This document shows positions 23,762 to 35,386 of a stretch of DNA of 64,000 bases, piece after piece. The notes below the pieces were generated by a model, which saw nothing but the letters and a program-made list of their open reading frames with translations, was not told the origin of the DNA and did not search any database. This DNA is from Patellaria atrata CBS 101060 (taxonomy: Eukaryota), in contig MU006101.1 of NCBI GenBank assembly GCA_010093705.1, positions 186,001-250,000 on the forward strand. Direction: 5' to 3'. How positions within the stretch are numbered: the stretch's first letter is position 1; the number at the start of each line of letters is the position of its first letter. Both the position numbers and the translations under genes were made by a program.

Positions 23762-24851
23762 GATGAATCTGGTGGGACAAATTATTGAGCGTAGGTTTGA
23801 TAAATTGGGAGAGAGATGTGCGTACTGAAGGAATTTTCTTCTTGAAGAAAATACCGTGCTTTTGTCTAGGTATGGCGTTAGCTATGCGCGAAGCAAAGGG
23901 GATAGTTTTAGGATTGCGTGTCCAGTGTTTGGAGAAGCTTTTGGTCTCTTGGTTGGAGAATAACACTATAGATGAGGAATATGTCTTCAAGCCGACCGTC
24001 CAGAGATTCAACGAGTATGATTTCGGACCTAGGTCTGGGACTTTGGGCTGTTTGAAGTTGTCATTGATTCCTTGGTCAGCACTGTTGGGGGTAGAGTAGC
24101 TTAAAATAAGGAATTGCATTGTGTATATCATTTGAAGTTTTGATTTACAATGGAATTCATGGAGCCAAGTAGCAGAAAGAGCAGAAAGATATAGAATACA
24201 ATGTATCTGTCTGTTCTCCTTAGTTCCTCTTGGCCATCTCGAGAAGGCCATATGATGATAGTTTTGAATTGGTTCTTCTAAAAATGTAGTACTAGAGCCT
24301 TTTGGTTCAAAGAGTTGCTAAATAAATGATAGGTACTCCTGCTTGGACCATTTTCTCATGGTGACCGTGGAGGTATCGACATCATTGATATTCATTAGCG
24401 ACATTTAGTAATGTTCTAGAATGGTGGAAGATAAGGTATGGTACAGTGCAGTGCAGTGCATACGATGACTAACGTTGTGATAATGAAGTGTGAGATTATT
24501 ATTCCTTCGTAATTTTTTTTCTCTTGTGATGTTGTGTTGGTTTTGGTAGAAAGACAAAGAGTTAAACAAACGATAACCTTTACTTTCTGTGGCCTGGCTT
24601 GGCGTGTCGGTCGAACCTTGTCACGTTAAACTATGTCAAACGAACCATCGCATTGTGAAGAACGCCGGTGAACCTGATACATATACCCTCATGCTGCCCA
24701 AATAAACTGCCATGATGCTTACAGCACCTACACACAAAGAAACATACTCGCTGCTGGTATGGGACATCTTTACAAAACTGCAACCACCCATCTAACACCC
24801 CCACTTATAGACAGTGCGAGTAGACAACGAACGACACCGTGCACCTCCGTT

Positions 24852-27800
24852 ATGGAGAGTACTTCCGCAGAGCTAGCCTCAGCGCTGCTTCAATGGGTCA
24901 GTCTTTGTTTATTTCCCCACTCATACCCTCATGTCGGAATCAAGCTTACTCGTCTAACAGATCAATTCCTTTGAGATAGTGAACGTGCACGAACTGCGAC
25001 AGCTCGCAGACGGTCGGATATTATGGAGCATCTTGCGGGATGCAGAGGGAGAATATTTTAACTCCAGACTTCCGGAGTCTATAGACGATGCAAAGGATAA
25101 CTGGGTTCTACGGAAACAGAACCTGAAATTTGTTCTCCGCGAGATCTCAACATTTATCAAAGAAGAGTTACTAGAATATCGATATGTGAGCGAAGTGCTT
25201 ACTCCAGATCTAGAGGAGATCGCAAGAGAGAATTCGAAACCGGAAACGATGAAGGTAATGTGTGTACCCGATCACTTTTCTGCTCCTACAATTGACGGGA
25301 TTACAATCAAGCTCGTAAAACTCGTCTTCATCGTCGCCCTTAACTCTTCCTCCAAAGCTCGGATCGTCGGAGTCCTTCAAAAACTCAAACCCGAAGTACA
25401 GAAGCCCATAATGTTGCTCATTCAGGAATTGAAAGCCATGGATGAGGAGCTAGGAAAAGAGGCAGAACAAGCAAAAACTGGATCTACATCCCAAAATGCT
25501 CCTGGAGCCGATTCTCTTCGGGTAGCTTCTCCTGTCGAGAGGGATCCTATCTTAGAGCAAGAAGAAATGTTAATCAAAGCCGAAAAAGAGAACCAAGCAT
25601 TTCGTGCAAAGGTCACCGATTTGGAGGACACTGTGACTGAGTACAAGGAAAAGCTTTCTACTCTCGAAGTGCAGCTGATTGAATCGAATCTACACGTTGA
25701 TAGGTCTCGGGCAAAAGCATATGATGATGAACAGTTCCGGAAGTTGAAAGAGGACCATTCTCACCAAGCAGATCTCATTGCGGAACTAGAAAATGAGCTC
25801 GCTACGGCGCAACATAAACTCGAGGTATTGGAAAGAAAAATGCCCAAGATCAAGGCCGATTCCCAAGAAAACCAAGATCTCCGCGATGCCCTCCAGATAG
25901 CGAGGCAAGAGAGAGATGACCTCGCACAGGTTAATAAGAAGAATGAAAATCTGAAGAAGAAGATTGAGTCGTTGCAGAATGATATCAGACGACATCATAA
26001 CCTCGAACGCGAACTTGCGGAAGCGCATGAACAAATCAAAACCCTTGACAATCTCCAAGCTGAATGCGCCGCGTTGCGAAAAGCTAACGAGGAGAGTGGA
26101 AAGGCTTTGATGAACAACGAGTTGGCTGTAGATGATTACAAGATGAAGTTACGACAAATGGAATTTGAGCTTCGCCAACACTCTCAAACCGCCGAGCATG
26201 CTGTTGAATTCCAACAACGAGCGGAAGAGCAAAATAGAGAACTTATGGAAAGGATTCGAGAATTGGAGGTCGATACTCATCAACAGTCCGACTCTGTACT
26301 TCTTGGTACTCTGGATGATGAGCTTAGTGTTGTGACAGATCATGAAAAGTTAGCCGATAGCTTAGAAGCTCGTCTCAATTGGCAGAGAATACTGACAAAG
26401 TACCTTCTTAGTGTTAAAACCTCCCCGGCCGCATCTGACGCAAACCTCATCACGCTTAAGCAGAGAATGGAAATTTTGCAAGCCAGATACGAGAGGCTGG
26501 AGGAGCAGCATTTCAACACCCTTCAAGAGAACATGGCTCTGCAGCATGGTATCAGAGATGGTCAAGGACCCTTTGAGAATACCGGGTATGATTCCAGTTG
26601 CCAAAGGTTGACACCTGAAGCCTCTACGAAGACTGATCAAAGCTATAGCTCGTCAAATCCTTTTATTCAACTTCATGAACGGCTAACAAAGGCTGAAGAA
26701 GAAAGGGAAGCATTGAGGAGCGAAGTCTTTGCTACGACATCGCAGAATGCAGAGCTTAAGACTGAGATTGCCACTCTTCGAGAGAATATCGATGTCAGCG
26801 CTCAAGATCAAGAGGTCGAGAAGACAAAGAGCAAAACTGAGTATGAAACCCTTGCTGATTACTATGCTAAACTTCAAAAGCATTGCGAAGTGCAGAAGAT
26901 CGACAACGAGAACCTGCAAAGTTCCCTTCGCCATGCTATCCTAAGGGATAGCACCAATCAAGAAGGCGACCAAATCAGTGCCGAGTTCACATTGGTCTTA
27001 GAGCAGCTTAAGATAGTCAGGGAAACTCCCGAAGCCGAAAGCGAAAAGGTCATGACATCTACGGCTGCCGACCTAAGCACCAGACTCGAAACTGGGAGGA
27101 ACAAGGTCGCAGAATGTACTCAAGTAAGTACTTCTCCTATTGACCCCAATCACGACCCTACACCGGATGAGAGCAGGAAATATTACGAGGACAAAATCCT
27201 CAGACTCGTGGCCACGGCACCCAAACCACCCATCAAGGAACAGATGCAGGAGTCGTGGTTTCAGCGCAAGTGGAAGGAGTACCAGACCGGACCCATATCC
27301 ACCAGTCCGTCCGAGAAACTTTTACCTCGCGTCGCTCCCCCTTGCCGTCCCTTCCCCAATTTCAATGGGGAGAGCAACAAGGACGCTGCCCCCGCCAGTC
27401 CGATGGGGAGCATTAGATCACTCCCCGCGCCCCCCTGCTACACCTTCCCCGAATACTTGATGGGCAGTACGGACGCCAGCTCCGGGCTCGGAGTTTCCAC
27501 CCCCCATCCCGCCCAACCCCCGAAGGATCCCACACCTCCCTTCCACCCCAAACCCCGCTTTTCCATCTTCACCGGGAGATGAGCTAACTGTTCCAGCGCC
27601 TCGAACGGCAAACTGCCCTTATCGATACCCTCACGCGCGAGATCGAGGACGCCAGAAATGTTGCGGCGCGCCAGGTGAAACAGTCCTCGGCGCTAGATTA
27701 TGCGGATCTGCGGCGCGAGAATAGGCTCATGACGTCGGCGTGGTACGATACGGTTGGCAGGCTGCAGAGTAATACCGTTGTTTTGCAGCGCCGGACAGAA

Positions 27801-28053
27801 CCGCCGCGGAGTTGGGTTAGGAAACAGATGGCCACTGTAGGGGCTGTAGGGGTGAGTGGTTTGTCTTTTTTTGGTGCTTGATGGTGTCTCTTTCGTACGG
27901 ATAGTGAAGGGTTTGTAGCATTTGAGCGTTTTTCTGGGGAGGAGTTTCTGTTTAATGAATGAGTCACGTTTGTACACTTTTCTCAACTTCATGCTTCGTC
28001 TGTTTTGCGTGAAATTGTTCTAGGCTAATTTGGCTTTATAGACACGACGATGA
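24852..28053 (+). CDS. hookA: Hook-family dynein/early-endosome adaptor (HookA/Hok1-like); predicted introns 24897-24960, 25255-25311, 26349-26411, 26586-26648, 27124-27596, 27852-28041
   Basis: N-terminal Hook domain (ALLQWINSF..LADGRILWSIL..NWVLRKQNLK), long coiled coil, and the fungal Hook C-terminal motif RENRLMTSAWYD..RLQSNTVVLQRR..PRSW. If the last intron is not spliced, the stop is at 27881. Confidence 0.85.
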
Positions 28054-28289
28054 ATGTGGAGTGGTAGCATGAGGTTCGCTAGGTTCCTGGGTATAATAAC
28101 TTTTCCTTGTCGTGGGCGTGCGTGTTTTGCATATCTTCGTTGGCATATACCCCCTGCATCGAGCGAGAGGCGTTCATTTTGTTCTTTTGATAGAAAAACC
28201 CCCTACTATTCCGTAAGAGGGGGCATTCTGGTATGTAAAAATCAAACAAGTAAATCCCAATCTCCAATCCATCCCCATGAGACGTAAAC

Positions 28290-30322
28290 CTAAATCTCCT
28301 CCAACTCCTCGTCCTCCAGCCCCGCGGGGGCCCAATCCCCCTTCTCGCAGCGTTCCGGCCGGACAAAGACGCCACAGTTCCTGCCGCACGCGAAATAGCG
28401 CGTCCCCTGTACGGAGCCATCGTTCTTGCCGACGGGCTCATCGAGCGTGATGCCGATCCAGGGAGCTCCCGTCGGGCCTGGGAGTTCGGGAATGGGGCCG
28501 ATGTGGGAAATCGTGCCGATGCGGCCGTCGGTCGTGGAGGGGAGGAGGCGGACGCGGGAGGAGGGTGTGAGGTCTAGAGTTGAGTTAATGGGGTTCAGCG
28601 CGGGTGTGGATGTTGGGGTAGAGTTCTGTGAAATTTGATGCTCGGTGTGGAAGTCGAATTTGACTTTTGGGAGATTTAGGTGAGGGTACGAGAAGAGGAG
28701 TAAAGGAGCCGGGGGTGTTGATTTACAGAAGGAGCGAAGGGGTTGGGGTGAGAAGAAGGTTTGAAACGCGGGAAGAGCTCGTTGAAGTCTCCTGAGAGGC
28801 GTTGAGGAATACGAAACATTGGAGAATCGATTGAGGAAAATCACGCATTGAAAGCTTCAAATGCTGGGAAGAGTCGTGCGGGATTTATGGAGATAAGATG
28901 GTGGACTGAGGTTGAGTTTCGGCTCGCTAGGAACCGATCCCGAACCCGACAAGGGTTCTCCTGATTCATATCCTTTTCTCATACATTTTTGAACAGCAAC
29001 TAGGAACATCGATGTAGGAACAGGCTTACGAATGTAAAATAAACGGTTGGAATGGGATGCTGATGCGAGGAAGATGATACAGGGCCGATGCCAAGAATCG
29101 CAAGATTGGATGATAGAATCGAACGACAGTGTTTGAGTTTGTTGTGATAGGGGCTCATGAACTACTACACACGCACCTCGTTCTTTAATCTCTCTTTCGA
29201 GTGCTCTGACTTTCTGCTGCTCCAGGCTCGGGGCGTCCGGATCGAAGCGACCTAACTTCCGGTTCTTCTTCCACGCAAGAACGCTATCGGTGCGCGATTC
29301 GTACTCTTGTTCCGGCATTGTGTATTTTTGAACGGATGATACATCGGTAAAATCGGTCCGGGCGCCTGGTGGCCGACTATCGACAACCTGTGGAAAGCGA
29401 TTGTTAGACATTCAAAAGGTCTTACCACGTGCTCTTTGCATATCGATAGCGAAGGATAAGATGCTCGGCGCTTTTCTTTTAGAAAAAACGAATTTAGAAT
29501 TACAGAAGTGATGGACAAAAGACTGGACGGACGTTTCTTCCTTTCCATAGACCCCCTGTGGGATGGATAGATCCAAGAGTAAAGGTCAACAATCGGGTGC
29601 AGACTGAGACATGGAGAAGGGACGGCGACCCCGTCGAGACGACAATATCAGATCGTCCGGGGTCGATTGGTTTCATGGAGATTTGCAGCAGCCCAAGAGG
29701 TTCTTTTGGGCGATCCGAAAATGATAGGCAAGCATCACCGAATTAGGAGCTGCACGTGCCGGTGTTGGTTGCAGCCTCGCGTGATGACGAGCATTAGAGA
29801 AACAGCCCCCGAAGCCAAGGGAGCGCCTCGCGGGTTTGGAACATCAGGATTTGAAACACCAGGTAATGCGAGGAACGAAAAGATGATGCACAAAGAACTG
29901 AAATGGAAACTGCTTTTTCTTCCCGCCGGGAGTCGGGAGTGATGGAAAACAAGGTATACGCGGAGTCGCAAAGTTGGAAGAGAAAAGGATGTGGCGAACG
30001 TGTTTATGCGCACGCGCCACGATATGTGCCCAAAGCAATGAGACTGCGAATAGGAACGTCGTCAACTTACTTGAACCTCAGCATAGGCTTGCAGAGGGAA
30101 CGAGGCAAGTTGGGTATTTTCTTCATCTCCAGCTTCAAGGACGGTAGATAGATGGGATCCATATCTCAGCGTGAGCTTCTGAGCTGAGGCCGGAATACCC
30201 GTGATGGGTTCCAGTCTCGCCTTAAACTGCGCGATGGTCCAGGAAGGAGATACACGTCTCTCCGATGAGGCATTGGTGGAGTTGATGAGGAGAGGGATGT
30301 CCGCGGCTGTTTGAACGGACAT
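28290..30322 (-). CDS. ALF1: Tubulin-folding cofactor B (Ubl + CAP-Gly); exons 30322-30071, 29387-29177, 28573-28290
   Basis: SERRVSPSWTIAQFKARLEPITGIP (Ubl), KYTMPEQEYESRTDSVLAWKK, WIGITLDEPVGKNDGSV (CAP-Gly GKNDG), acidic end EELEEI. Confidence 0.93.
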
Positions 30323-31133
30323 GGTTGCAGCTTTTCTTTTATCACCAGCTCGGACGGCGAGCTTGATGCTCACGATCCTGCAGGCCTCAGGTGGTGGTAG
30401 AAGCGAGTTGATATATTGCTTGAGATGATCCTTCTCGTATATACGGCACTAGAAAACTCTCCAACTGATTGTTTGGGTATGGGACGTGCTGAGACAAAGT
30501 GATGTTGAACCACTAGAAAGATGATGTTGGAAGAGAGGTTTCCGGTTGGATGAAGCGCTGAAAGGCTAGGGCGAACTTTTCTAGCGTTTCCAATAATGAG
30601 ATCGAAATCGCTGGGATACGATTCCTTGCGCTTCGTTCTGAGCCCCAGCAGCTTCACGATATCAAATTGAAGATCACGTTTTGTCTTCCTCCGGACTTTT
30701 TAGTCGCAAGGTTACACGGGGGATCGGAGTGCAACTACAGTACAGTAGTTCTTCTATAGGCTGGTGCCAAATATGGCTAAAGCTCGAATGCCTGAGGGGA
30801 GTTGGAAGCGAGAAGATGCTTGAAAAGCTGGACGTACTTCTGTATGGGCCGTAAGGTACTATACTGTACTCCGTACATGAAGTTCTGATGTAGTTGTCAG
30901 ATTTAAGGAAATCATCTTTTAACCTATCCTGCTTCGCACCTGCCTGCTTCCGCTCATGCCTTTTGTGTTACCGTACACCCGATTCCCGATTCCCCCCTCA
31001 TCACTTACTGGATCTGGATTGTATCTCTATATGGAAGTACCTTTCCATCTGCACCCCTTCCCTTCCCGTTTTCCCCTTCCCTTCCCGTCTTCCCCTTCCC
31101 TTCCCTCTTCCCCCTCATGATCCACCAGCCACA

Positions 31134-31163
31134 GTTACCTTACCTTACCTTACCTTACCTTAC
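31134..31163 (+). repeat. (TTACC)n pentamer repeat
   Basis: About 6 tandem units. Confidence 0.8.
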
Positions 31164-32058
31164 TGGGTGCTTCACGGGATGACGAGAACGAACTCCAAGG
31201 CACTATCTCCATCTTCTATACACTACCTTATTCTACTACTATTGAACCGTCAATCTTTAACTACCGCAAACCATCTCGTCATCCCACGCCATCCCACATT
31301 GTATCACCCAAGTAAAACACCCCACGTTGCTGTCTCCAAATTCTTTTTTCTGCCATCTCTCCTATCCACCACTGTCCACCACCACGCTTCACCACGCTTC
31401 ACCACGTCTAGTCCTATCATCTCCCACTACCCCGCAGGCGTAGAGCAAAGTGCTGGTTCCATCAAGGTTGCATCTTGTGCTTCCCATGACCTCCTTAGTT
31501 ACACATACCCATTTCATTTTTCTTCTTTCGCGTGGATGTGAGGTATCACAATTTCCTTCTTTTCAGCTTGCAGCGCATCGCGTGCCAGGGCACAATACAG
31601 CCCGGAGCGAGTGTGGTGCATCGAACCATCTCTTCCTTTGTCATGGCTTGTACCCCTCGATTACTGTAGAACTAAATTGAACGTACACAGAATGACATAC
31701 ATATCTCTTCTTGACATGTTTTGCAGCATAGGTGGGAACTCAACTTGTCCAGGGATCTTTACAAAGGTACTGTGTGTTCTACTATAGTTCTACAACAAAC
31801 AAGGAGGCCATGGCAAGGGAAGGATATTTTGCGGATCCATCTGCTCTGTTCAACCTTGATACTTTATGATTCTTTATTCCCCCCATCCACCCGGGACTGG
31901 GGCCGCTTTTCAAGACTGCCGCGGGTTTTGACAGCTTATCATGGGCTCCGGAGCCGAGTAAAGCGCAAAACGCAAGACGCACACGACAAGTTCGGTCCCT
32001 GGCAAAATGCTTCGCTGGACTCTACGGAAGTGAAGTACGACCGTAGGATTAGGACACC

Positions 32059-32077
32059 CTCACTCTTACTCTCACTT

Positions 32078-32114
<37 letters not shown>

Positions 32115-32115
32115 C
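32059..32115 (+). repeat. (CTCACT)n hexamer microsatellite
   Basis: About 9 units, two of them imperfect. Confidence 0.85.
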
Positions 32116-32440
32116 AGTATGTCTCGCTATAGAGACGTCCGTCGAACTTGCATCGACAACTCGGTTTGCAAGCGATGACCGACATCGTCAGCGAAGGACT
32201 GCTTTCGATCCCAACTGGTTCATTACGCACCTTCGCGTAAAAAAACTAAAAAAGATAGAATAGAAGGGGCTCACCGCTTATCCAAACGTCTAAAAACAGC
32301 ATCACCACTTTCCAGGATACCGTCAGTAACGAACAGAGGAAAAGGGACAAAAGGGACACAAAGGGAACATGTTCGGCGCCGCCAAGAACAGCAGACTAGT
32401 TCTAGCGGGAATGCCAGCTGTCGCTCGCTTTGATACAGTA

Positions 32441-32468
32441 GTGGATAGTGGATAGTGGATAGTGGATA
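32441..32468 (+). repeat. (GTGGATA)4 heptamer tandem repeat
   Basis: Four exact copies. Confidence 0.85.
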
Positions 32469-35386
32469 GTGAATCAGTGAGCAGCATACCGACTTTGCGG
32501 CTTTTGATGCACTCGACAGCCTTGTTGCTTGCTGGCCTCGGGATCAAATTCGCTCTGTCTTGATAACTGGAGGCAGAGTCCTGACCTTTTGAACAGCTAG
32601 TGACTAGAACTACTGGAATTTAGAACAACAGCTCGAGCATTGTAGTGCTGACACATTGCAAACACAACACGGTTGAGGTGCATTGACATGGTATTAGATC
32701 GTGAGGAAAATAGCCACGATAACCCCATCAAACTGCGACATGCGTGATGCGTCCGATCGTTCAACAACTTCTCTAACAGACCGCATCCTTGTTTGCTGAG
32801 CTCATTTTTTCTTGTTCTAAACTTCTTGTCCACCAAACTGACTCTGGCTCTAGCTCCGGGAATCCCCACTATTGTAACAATTGTTATAGGGGATCCTCGA
32901 ACTACAGGACTGTGCGTTCTGCCTTGGAAATATTTGAATTGAACTATGCCACCTCCTGCATGACAGACGACTACAATCCCGAAGAGCCGGCACTAACAAA
33001 TCATCCAGGGAGCAATGATAATAATAAGAAACGTTGGGCATATGTCAGGCAGCATTCACCGCCAAACTGTCATCATCAATCTGCTGCTAATTCTCCTCAT
33101 CAATTCTGTTGTCTGGACCGTCTTCCTACTTCCGCTCTGCAAGGCCGCAACAAACCTGGTGAACCAGATGCTGCAATCCTCCGGCTTACTAGACGAGGAA
33201 CACCACCGCTCTATGTAAGCACTCTCTCTCTCTCGTACAAGTACGCTTGAGGCTCACGTGGAAGACGAAACGTTTCACAACCTTCCCCGGCCTTGCCTGT
33301 GCATGTGGCCTGGGGGGTTAAATATTGAAACTCCGTCGTTCTCTCCTGATATTTGCTGCAAGAACGAGGGACGGGGCGTCAACGTACCAAAAGACCGCTC
33401 ATCACTCATCAGACATGGCGCGGATTGGAGCATCGGCAGTTTCACCGCCATTATGTATCCCAAGCAACCAGTCTGTAAAGGGACAGCCTAGAGTTGATTG
33501 ACAGCTCATGAACACCTCATCTCGAAAACAAAGAGGGTAGCTATATTAGGCGATCTGTGACGGTTGTGGAGCTTAATTTGTTCCCGACAACTGGCGTCAG
33601 ATCCGTAGGGCATGAAATGGTGGTGCAGATCTACGTTCTGAGGCGTTTCGCGAAGTCCAACAACGCGTCCTTCCGAAAAAGCGAGTGGGAGCCCTGACAA
33701 CTCATTACCAACTAATCCCACCAGATCCTAGCTGCCCTTCACCGCCGCTGGCAACCTCTTCTTTTTTGGAATAATCCGTTGTTCCTGGATGTGTTGACAG
33801 AGGAAGATCCGTTACTCTCTCTCTCCTCAGGAGATAGAGGCTTTAACGGATTGGTTCCGACATCACAGGAATAACAATGGTCTGGTTCTTGATCAGGTAT
33901 CAATCATGGATCCTCGATAGTTCTAGTCGATCCCCCCCCCCCTTGTTGTTCAGATATACCAGACTACCTGAAACTGGCCATGAACAGGACAGGTACATAT
34001 TGCAACATCAAAATACGTTACGAAAAGCGGGTTTGACAAAGAGTACAAAGTACTTTTAGACAACGATGATCCTTCTTGATTCAAATTTCAGAAAAATGAT
34101 GGAGCTTTTTTTTTTTTTTTGGTAGGAACTGTTTGGAGAAAATGATTCAGTATCTTTTTTTTTCTTTTTTTTTTTCCTTCTTCGTCGCTCCACACTTTCA
34201 TTAAGAAAACCCACACACAAGAGCTACATCCAACATGTTCGCAGACTAGCCGCCGACACGTCACCCCTACCCAAACAGACTAGGCGAATGAGTGTATGCA
34301 TCCGCAAAATGGTCAAAACGAGACTAATCTATTATTGACTTGGACAAGACTTGGGTATTGTTCGGTCACCCCTCTGGTCCCTCTGCAAGAGTAGTAAGTT
34401 ATTAGTTATAATATCTACGTATGTATGCATAAAAATCCCAGATCCCAGTAGTTAACCTTAACCATGGAGTGCATGCCGGATGCATGTTGTGGCGCATTGT
34501 ATCGATGGCTCGATGCGTGTTGATGCTGTTCCACTACTCTCCGAAGATATCTCAATTTTCCGCTGGCCAGGTTGGTACTGGTCTTCGTACAGTACAGTAC
34601 GCTTAACGTTCCTCTTCGCTATTTACAGGGCCGTGGCTATGCTCCAAAGAGATTTGCGTTTTCCATTGGTTACGCCATGTTTCATCCCTTGTCGACCAGC
34701 CGTTGTGCGATTCCTAAAAAGACGCTGCTCTCTCCCAGAGGCGACCATTAAGGACCCAGAAGCTACATTCGTCATTCTTGTTGGTCGTCTACATCCATAG
34801 TGGAACTTTCTTAAGGGCACTTCAAGGACACTACCACCGCAACAGTCACAGTCACTTTACCTCTCCTCGCAGACGCTTTGATGCCATATGTTCCAAGTAC
34901 CTCCTTCTCCATTCTACTAAACGCCGCTCATAAACACGTCCAAACATCAACCAAAGCTTCCGAGCGGCCCATCCCATCGTTAAATCAATAAAAAGCCACT
35001 AACTTTTGGGGAAAGTATCTGCATATAGTCTACATTATTTCGCTTCATCCGCAACCAGAGATACGGGGATCAGCAGTACTCGGGTATCAATACAACCCGA
35101 TATGAGATCGAAGCGACAGTCAATCATCAAATCGAGTACTGTGCAAAACATTACGCCTCACTCTCCATTCTGCACATAAGACATTGAATTTTTTTTTAAG
35201 CTCTTCGGAGCGGTCCGCACAGTCAAAACGGTAGCTTTGGCCCTGCACGACATAGCTTTCGAGGCAGCTCAAAGTCTTCTTTCATTATCGAGTATTCCTC
35301 ACTGCAAGTCCATCGGTACTCGAAATCCTCGTTCTACCGTTCTCCCGTGGGCTGGCCTTCTCAAGGCTAGCCCAAACGTCGCCGTC

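Noticed and set aside
29736..29744. AATTCGGTG (minus strand), similar to the fungal RNase P RNA CR-I region
   Set aside because: It lacks the preceding GGGA, and I found no matching CR-V/P4 partner.
30894..33250. 150-215-aa ORFs in the TBCB-Myb intergenic region
   Set aside because: They have non-ATG starts, are driven by low complexity or repeats, and show no recognisable domain.
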